This document shows positions 58,799-64,000 of a DNA stretch of 64,000 nt, one piece after another (the stretch's first letter is position 1; each line of letters opens with the position of its first letter). Position numbers and translations under genes: made by a program. The stretch is from Bdellovibrio sp. (GTDB lineage Bacteria; Bdellovibrionota; Bdellovibrionia; Bdellovibrionales; Bdellovibrionaceae), in contig JAYTPD010000021.1 of the NCBI GenBank assembly GCA_043747435.1, positions 75,643-139,642 on the forward strand. Reading direction: 5' to 3'. The notes below the pieces were generated by a model that saw nothing but the letters and a program-made list of their open reading frames with translations, ran no database searches and was not told where the DNA came from.

Positions 58799-58868
58799 TA
58801 TTGTCATAACGGAATACCGTTTGACTCGAAGTCTTTTTCTTGATTACTTGATTAAACAAATCATATCC

Positions 58869-58953
58869 GCGCGGGTGGTGAAATTGGTAGACACGCAGGT
58901 CTCAGAAGCCTGAGTCGAAAGATGTGCAAGTTCAAGTCTTGTCCCGCGCACCA
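58869..58953 (+). tRNA. tRNA-Leu (anticodon CAG), class II, CCA encoded
   Basis: Hand fold: acceptor GCGCGGG/CCCGCGC; anticodon stem CAGGT/GCCTG with loop CTCAGAA; T arm GCAAG-TTCAAGT-CTTGT; discriminator A plus CCA. Confidence 0.9.
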
Positions 58954-60671
58954 AATTGGCAAGTATTCGAACTATAATGCCCTAAAAATTGCGATGCGTT
59001 ACCTGAGTTTAAATCAGGTAACGCATTTTTTTTATCCAAATCCATTCCTAATGAATCTGACAACGCTTGAGCCTTTTTATTCTGACTTTCGCCATGATCT
59101 AGTTTTATCAAAAATATCTTCACATAGGATTCGCCAACCTTAAAATGCACTTCGAAACCATCGGCCAGAACATGGATTTTGTGAACCAAGTATCGGATCA
59201 CTTTCTGCCGAATTTTCAAATTATCATCTCTTCTTAATATTTCGCTCATAGCCTTTAAAAATCTTTGAAAATCCTGTAATTCGCAAGGCTCATCTTTCAC
59301 GAAACCAGACGACTGCATTTCGGCAAGCTTGCTCTGAGCTTCGCGCTTTTTTTCTTCTAACTTCTCCATCTGTTTGTAAATTGGTGTCGGCGAAATATTT
59401 TGTGGCAGTGACGAAAGCCTTTCAGCCATGACCTCAAGCTGACGATCCACGTTGAACGTCACATGATTATATTTTTCTGCCTCTTTTGATCCTGGGTTTA
59501 ACTGATGCGCGCGTCTTGCCGAAATCAATAATTCTTGTGCAAATTTTTCTTCGCCGAAAAGATTTACGATTTCATTCCAAAGCGAAGGTTCTAAAAGTTT
59601 GGCTTGAACTCTGACTGGGTTACAGGTTCTTTGAAGCTCTGGGACGTGAGCACCCGGAACTGTATTTGAGGCGTGTTCGTAATATCCAACTTTGGTTGTA
59701 TTTCCGTGAGCTGATTTTCCTATCATACGGTCTCCACATTTTTTGCAAAATACGAGCCCCGATAATAAATAAGGGTATCTGTCTGCCATAGAGTCTTTAT
59801 TCTTTCTGTGATTTTGACTTAAAAGTGCATTTGCTTTGTCAAAAGTTTCACGGTCAATGATTGCGGGCCAAACGGCTTCAGTTTCTTTAGTTTCTCCATT
59901 TTGCGTAAAGCTTTTTACGCCGACATAAAATTTAGATCGCAAAATGCAGCCAAGATTTTTCACCGTGTAATATCCAAGGCGTGTTCTAAGGCCGCCACCT
60001 TCACGAGCTGGCTTTATTCTATAATGTTGCTCATTGAGCCACTTCGCAGCGTTTCCTAGTGTGCCTTCAGAAATAATGGCTTTGAACGCCGCTTTCACAG
60101 AGGGAGCCCACTCATCATCAATTTCAAGAAAGCCTGGTTTGTCCTGAATTCGCTTGTAACCAAAAGGGATCGCGCCACCGTTAAAAAGCCCACGCTGTGC
60201 TCTAATATTAAAATTTGCAGACACGCGTTCTGAAATTTGACGTCTTTCAAACTGCGCAATATTTGCGACCGTAAATAGGACCATTTCGCCAGCGGCGGTC
60301 GTTGTATCAAAATTTTCTCTAAGAGACTGAAAACCGCAGCCGTTATCTTTCATCATCTGCCAGATATCAGAAAAATCTTTAATGGATCTTGAAATACGCG
60401 ATAACTCACTCACCATAACAAGATCAGTTTCACGTTTTCGAATCGACATTAAAAGTTTTTGAAGCTCTGGGCGATTGGTGTCCTTTCCGGATTTTGCACG
60501 GTCAATGTAGATCGCAACAATATCACCAAAGTGACCTTCCATATTTTTTAATTTCACAGTCATACGAAGTCGCTCTTCTTGATTTTTAATTGAACCTTCG
60601 GGATTTGAAGCTTGCTCTTCCGTTGAGACCCTGATGTACAAAGAAATTCTTCTGGCTTTAGAGACTTTCAT
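58932..60671 (-). CDS. Large serine recombinase (resolvase catalytic domain + recombinase domain + zinc ribbon + coiled coil)
   Basis: The ATG at 60671 follows GGAGGC. Catalytic RISLYIRVSTEEQ ... VMVSELSRISRS, recombinase domain GGAIPFGYK, zinc ribbon CKKCGDRM ... YYEH. The stop codon (58932-58934) lies in the T loop of the tRNA. Confidence 0.85.
   Translation of the reverse strand: MKVSKARRISLYIRVSTEEQASNPEGSIKNQEERLRMTVKLKNMEGHFGDIVAIYIDRAKSGKDTNRPELQKLLMSIRKRETDLVMVSELSRISRSIKDFSDIWQMMKDNGCGFQSLRENFDTTTAAGEMVLFTVANIAQFERRQISERVSANFNIRAQRGLFNGGAIPFGYKRIQDKPGFLEIDDEWAPSVKAAFKAIISEGTLGNAAKWLNEQHYRIKPAREGGGLRTRLGYYTVKNLGCILRSKFYVGVKSFTQNGETKETEAVWPAIIDRETFDKANALLSQNHRKNKDSMADRYPYLLSGLVFCKKCGDRMIGKSAHGNTTKVGYYEHASNTVPGAHVPELQRTCNPVRVQAKLLEPSLWNEIVNLFGEEKFAQELLISARRAHQLNPGSKEAEKYNHVTFNVDRQLEVMAERLSSLPQNISPTPIYKQMEKLEEKKREAQSKLAEMQSSGFVKDEPCELQDFQRFLKAMSEILRRDDNLKIRQKVIRYLVHKIHVLADGFEVHFKVGESYVKIFLIKLDHGESQNKKAQALSDSLGMDLDKKNALPDLNSGNASQFLGHYSSNTCQFGARDKT
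58994..59033 (+). terminator. Strong intrinsic terminator hairpin, potentially bidirectional
   Basis: ATGCGTTACCTGA (58994-59006), 7-nt loop, TCAGGTAACGCAT (59014-59026), then T7-8. On the other strand a TTTTT tract follows after 5 nt. It lies inside the recombinase ORF. Confidence 0.6.
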
Positions 60672-61035
60672 TTTTAGCCTCCGTGATGTTCCAAAGAATT
60701 GAATCAACATTTTCATGAACGCTTACAAATCGAAGTTGGTGATTTGTTATTAACTTAAAAAAGTTCGAAAGACCTTCTGATGATCGCGAAATTCGATTCA
60801 TTCTAGTGACAAAAACGAAATTTATTTTACCATTGATGATGTCATGTTGAAGTCGCAATAGTTCGGGACCGTATTTCATCCCAGACTGCTGATGATCTTC
60901 ATAAAAATCGATATCAGATTTTGTGAAGCCAAATCTTTGAAGACTATTTTCAAGCATTCTTTGTTGTTTTTGTAGATCTGCTAAATTTCCTGTTGCAGAT
61001 CTTAGGTAAAAAGCGACCTTGTTTGCGTTACTCAT
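60658..61035 (-). CDS. Serine recombinase catalytic-domain-only protein
   Basis: VAFYLRSATGN ... DHQQSGMKYGPEL ... VFVTRMNRISRSS ... RFVSVHENVDS covers a resolvase N-terminal domain. It has no DNA-binding domain and overlaps the large recombinase start by 14 nt. Confidence 0.6.
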   Translation of the reverse strand: MSNANKVAFYLRSATGNLADLQKQQRMLENSLQRFGFTKSDIDFYEDHQQSGMKYGPELLRLQHDIINGKINFVFVTRMNRISRSSEGLSNFFKLITNHQLRFVSVHENVDSILWNITEAKNESL

Positions 61036-61243
61036 TCACAACCTTCTTTCTGTTTAGAGATGCAATCTCAAAACCGACTGGTTGCGATGAAAAGTCTATT
61101 GATTTATTTGAGCCTGGCTGACTACAGAATTCATCATATATAAGACGCCCAAGATCTGCAAGTATTTCTGAAAACTCTGAATCCCTGATAACTTTAGGCA
61201 TCACTACGGTTTTTTGAATGGACCATTTCTTGCGTTTCGCCAT
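61028..61243 (-). CDS. Hypothetical small protein
   Basis: ORF only. Its stop overlaps the start of the small recombinase gene. Confidence 0.3.
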   Translation of the reverse strand: MAKRKKWSIQKTVVMPKVIRDSEFSEILADLGRLIYDEFCSQPGSNKSIDFSSQPVGFEIASLNRKKVVNE

Positions 61244-61317
61244 TGGTCATTCCTTCCAGAAAAGTTAACGCGAAACGTGGCTAAAAAACGGGGCTGGTTT
61301 TAAAACAACACTAAATC

Positions 61318-61782
61318 CTAAGTGTTGTTTTTGAATTCAGGCGACAGCGAACCAGCACCATTACTATTTTCAATGGTTTTTTTATTTCTGGCCTTTCGGA
61401 CTTTCTTAACTACGGTGTCGGATGCATTAGCCATGAGTTCACTACTTTTTTCAAAAAGATCTTTAAGCGAAACATCAGCCCCTTTTTCTTTAGCATCCTT
61501 GGCTTGAGTCTGAAGCCACGCAAGACACTTAAAAACATCGAAGTGCGTTTTTCTAAGCTCGTCGGTCTCTGCTTTCGAAAGCGCATTGTCATGAAGTTTT
61601 AAAATCAAATTCATGAAATCACTTTTACTAACCTCGGCAATGCCTTGCAGCGATTCATTGGCTGCCGCTGTTAGTGAATTTAATTTATCTTTTAGCTCAT
61701 CTTCAATCGTGACGCGCTCTAAGGCTTTATACACTTTTTTGTCTTTTTTGATTTCTCTAGGGTTTTCATTCTGGCTATTCAT
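61318..61782 (-). CDS. Hypothetical helical protein
   Basis: I prefer the ATG at 61782, preceded by GGAGG 8 nt upstream. No motif recognised. Confidence 0.45.
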   Translation of the reverse strand: MNSQNENPREIKKDKKVYKALERVTIEDELKDKLNSLTAAANESLQGIAEVSKSDFMNLILKLHDNALSKAETDELRKTHFDVFKCLAWLQTQAKDAKEKGADVSLKDLFEKSSELMANASDTVVKKVRKARNKKTIENSNGAGSLSPEFKNNT

Positions 61783-61783
61783 G

Positions 61784-62182
61784 TTACTTTTCCTCCGGCT
61801 TTGACCAGACTGCATTTTTATCGATTAGGAACTTCCAGTGCCCCGATACATACTCGTCACCTGAGATTTGATCTGGGACCCAAACTCTGCGCACTTCAGG
61901 GCGATTCAGTTTCGGCGCAAACTCTGTAAGCTTAGAACCAGCTTTGAGTTCACGTTCTTTCTTGATTTTATCAGCGCTTAGAAAGTATCCGATTGTACCG
62001 CCAATCAATGCGCTTGCCGCGAGGGACACATTCTTCTGTGAATTATCTTCCTGATTGTTAGCAACAATGCCGCCAACTCCAAGACCAACAGTTACACCAA
62101 GTAAAGTTCCCTTTGGAATACTTGAACACGCTGTGCTGAAATAGATCATAGCCATTAAAATATACTTAATTTTTAAATTCAT
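61784..62182 (-). CDS. Small lipoprotein with glycine-zipper segment
   Basis: Lipobox FSTAC and GVTVGLGVGGIVANN. Confidence 0.5.
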   Translation of the reverse strand: MNLKIKYILMAMIYFSTACSSIPKGTLLGVTVGLGVGGIVANNQEDNSQKNVSLAASALIGGTIGYFLSADKIKKERELKAGSKLTEFAPKLNRPEVRRVWVPDQISGDEYVSGHWKFLIDKNAVWSKPEEK

Positions 62183-62279
62183 TTTGTTCTCCGAAAATAA
62201 ATAGATGAATAAGAAGTCGGGACTGATAAGAATGAGACTGAATGGAGATGGGGCTGGTGAAATACGAGGGGGTATAGAG

Positions 62280-63236
62280 TTAGGTTTTTTGGGGCTTGTC
62301 TGATTTGGTGTAAGTGGCTGATTTTACAAAGCAAGTGGCGAAATTCATGAGCACGTTTTTTGATGAGCACTCCTGAGTCATACTGACCGTACTCCCTAGG
62401 GTATTACTGAGGGAACTCATGGGGGCTGAATCAGGATGAGTGAGAAATCCTGATAAATATTCTGCCAAAGTCATATGGAGCAGTTCGCTATTTTTGAATT
62501 TGGTTTGCCATAGATCTTTTCGAACTTCACTTGCAAGCAGAAACAAATGGTCACGCGGCTTTAAGGTTGAGTGCGTTTGCACTAGATTAAAGATTCGTCG
62601 GATCAGGTTCGGACCTTCGGCGATCCAAATGATTTTCTGAATTCCGTAGTGGTTGTCATACGATTTAATAATCTCGACATAGTCACTGTCGCTTTTGGTG
62701 TGAAGTTCGACTTCTAAAGCCAAAAACTTTTTTTCTGGACCAATTTCAAATCTCCATAGACCATCAGGCCTACGGCCTTTGTCATTTTGAAGCCCAGGAG
62801 CTACACCAGTTAGATCAAGTGATAACAACTCTTGCTCTGTGATGATGGTAACACCTCGCGGGAGCTTTGCAAACCAATCACCAAGTAAAACGCAGGACAC
62901 AAAGTGATCGTGGTTAAGACTTTGCGGTGCGAAACCCATTGTTTTAAAAATTTCGCCCTTGGCTTGAACAAGATAGGCCATTCCGCGCTTATCAAGACAC
63001 CAGTATCTATTTTGATTGCCATCAACACCGCGAGTAAGGATTAAACCTTGTCGTCTTAATTTATCGAGCCTGTTGTAACAGGTCCGCATTTGAATATTTT
63101 TGTAAAATAAAGTGTACAAAGTTCTAAATGTAGCCGCTCGGTGCCGCCATAAAAACTCAATCATCTGCTGGTCTCGATCAAAAATGGTAACCGCTTTTCT
63201 GTGACCTTTGATTTCATACGTCAATGCTTGGACCAT
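62280..63236 (-). CDS. Replication-relaxation family-like protein
   Basis: N-terminal wHTH-like IEFLWRHRAATFRTLYTLFY ... RLDKLRRQGLILTRG, then PDGLWRFE ... LALEVELHTKS (nuclease-like core). The resemblance to the Replic_Relax family is from memory. Confidence 0.5.
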   Translation of the reverse strand: MVQALTYEIKGHRKAVTIFDRDQQMIEFLWRHRAATFRTLYTLFYKNIQMRTCYNRLDKLRRQGLILTRGVDGNQNRYWCLDKRGMAYLVQAKGEIFKTMGFAPQSLNHDHFVSCVLLGDWFAKLPRGVTIITEQELLSLDLTGVAPGLQNDKGRRPDGLWRFEIGPEKKFLALEVELHTKSDSDYVEIIKSYDNHYGIQKIIWIAEGPNLIRRIFNLVQTHSTLKPRDHLFLLASEVRKDLWQTKFKNSELLHMTLAEYLSGFLTHPDSAPMSSLSNTLGSTVSMTQECSSKNVLMNFATCFVKSATYTKSDKPQKT

Positions 63237-64000
63237 TTTGACTCTCCTGTTTCATTTGAGGTTCCATTAATTTTCTGGCACCTTCTTCAGATAAAAACGG
63301 AGTCTGAATTTCATGTTCATCGGAGCCACGAAGATAAATCGCGCGACCTTTAATTTGTGGTAATTCACAAGCAGTCTTTGAACCAAGAACCGCAAGACTT
63401 CCGCCAAGATCGTTTAGCCTGAAACAAACAGTCGATGTCATATTGGATTTCACCTGAACATCAACGATTGATCGATCAGGGCGCTGGGTCGTAAGCACCA
63501 GATGAACACCACAAGATCTACCCAGTCGTGAAATTCTTGAAAGTGATTCGCGGGTTGCCTTAATGCCTTCGCCGTTTAGTTTTCCTCCTGACAAAACAAG
63601 TTCAGCAAATTCATCAACGACGACAAAAATTCTGTGACCGCAAGGATCTTGAAGTTTTTGCTCTTTTGTTTTTTCACCAAATTTTTTACTTAAGTGGTAG
63701 GATTCAAGATCTGAAACTCCGTGATTTCGTAGCATCTCGGCACGGCTCTGAATTTCTGTCACAACTCCCGCTAAAATGGCCGGAGCACTTTCAGGTCCTA
63801 GCTGAAGTTCAACACGGTCAACATTTGTAAAACAGTTAAAATCGCCAGATGCTTTTAAGTCGAAAAGTTTGATAACGGTTTCTGGATGATTATATTTCAG
63901 AGTGGCAATCATTTGTCGGGTAAAATATGTTTTGCCACCGCCGCTTTCGCCCGCAACTAATAAATGTGGATCTTTCGTGAAATCAATTTCAAAAAGACTT
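63214..64000 (-). CDS. FtsK/SpoIIIE-family DNA translocase (N-terminus outside the window)
   Basis: The reading frame continues to the window edge with Walker A GESGGGKT. Walker B is VVDEFAEL, followed by TTQRPD. Confidence 0.8.
   Translation of the reverse strand, partial: SLFEIDFTKDPHLLVAGESGGGKTYFTRQMIATLKYNHPETVIKLFDLKASGDFNCFTNVDRVELQLGPESAPAILAGVVTEIQSRAEMLRNHGVSDLESYHLSKKFGEKTKEQKLQDPCGHRIFVVVDEFAELVLSGGKLNGEGIKATRESLSRISRLGRSCGVHLVLTTQRPDRSIVDVQVKSNMTSTVCFRLNDLGGSLAVLGSKTACELPQIKGRAIYLRGSDEHEIQTPFLSEEGARKLMEPQMKQESQNGPSIDV

Larger units (their letters stand above)
58954..64000. mobile_element. Integrative (conjugative or mobilizable) element next to tRNA-Leu(CAG); right end outside the window
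   Basis: Contains serine recombinases, a replication-relaxation-like protein and an FtsK/SpoIIIE translocase, all on the minus strand, starting directly at the tRNA 3' end. Confidence 0.6.

Overview
This is a 64-kb low-GC bacterial chromosome segment. The gene content (several PilZ/GGDEF proteins, a secreted trypsin-like protease, a TIGR02147-like HTH protein, FtsX permeases) suggests a Bdellovibrio-like predatory bacterium, but that is inference only. Positions 1-39.6 kb hold ordinary core genes: PhoH-PIN, an ECF sigma operon, an FHA-GGDEF/PilZ operon, rlmN, heptose kinase, PLD, gdh, pyrD, mutT, glycosyltransferases, IHF/HU, tldD-pmbA, and gcvP followed later by gcvT-gcvH. Two tRNA-Leu genes then mark accessory DNA. 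(1) tRNA-Leu(UAG) at 39663-39747 is followed by a ~14.5-kb island that ends at a 17-bp copy of the tRNA 3' end (54270-54286). The island has no recombinase, carries three toxin-antitoxin-like modules and contains an internal 121-bp direct repeat. At its centre is a divergent pair of giant genes. One encodes a 1387-aa exported protein with two RavA/MoxR-like AAA+ modules and a cysteine-free FGE/SUMF1-like domain. The other encodes a ~1213-aa exported protein with a transglutaminase core and a MIDAS-complete vWA domain. Both predicted mature N-termini carry the same NRCEDLF motif, and its Cys is the only non-catalytic Cys in either protein. This pair is my best candidate for an undescribed system. 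(2) tRNA-Leu(CAG) at 58869-58953 abuts an integrative element that runs off the window. It has a large serine recombinase whose ORF reads through a terminator hairpin into the tRNA, a second serine recombinase with only the catalytic domain, a replication-relaxation-like protein and an FtsK/SpoIIIE translocase. I saw no rRNA, CRISPR array or IS transposase. All calls come from reading the translations and sequence by eye; no searches were run.
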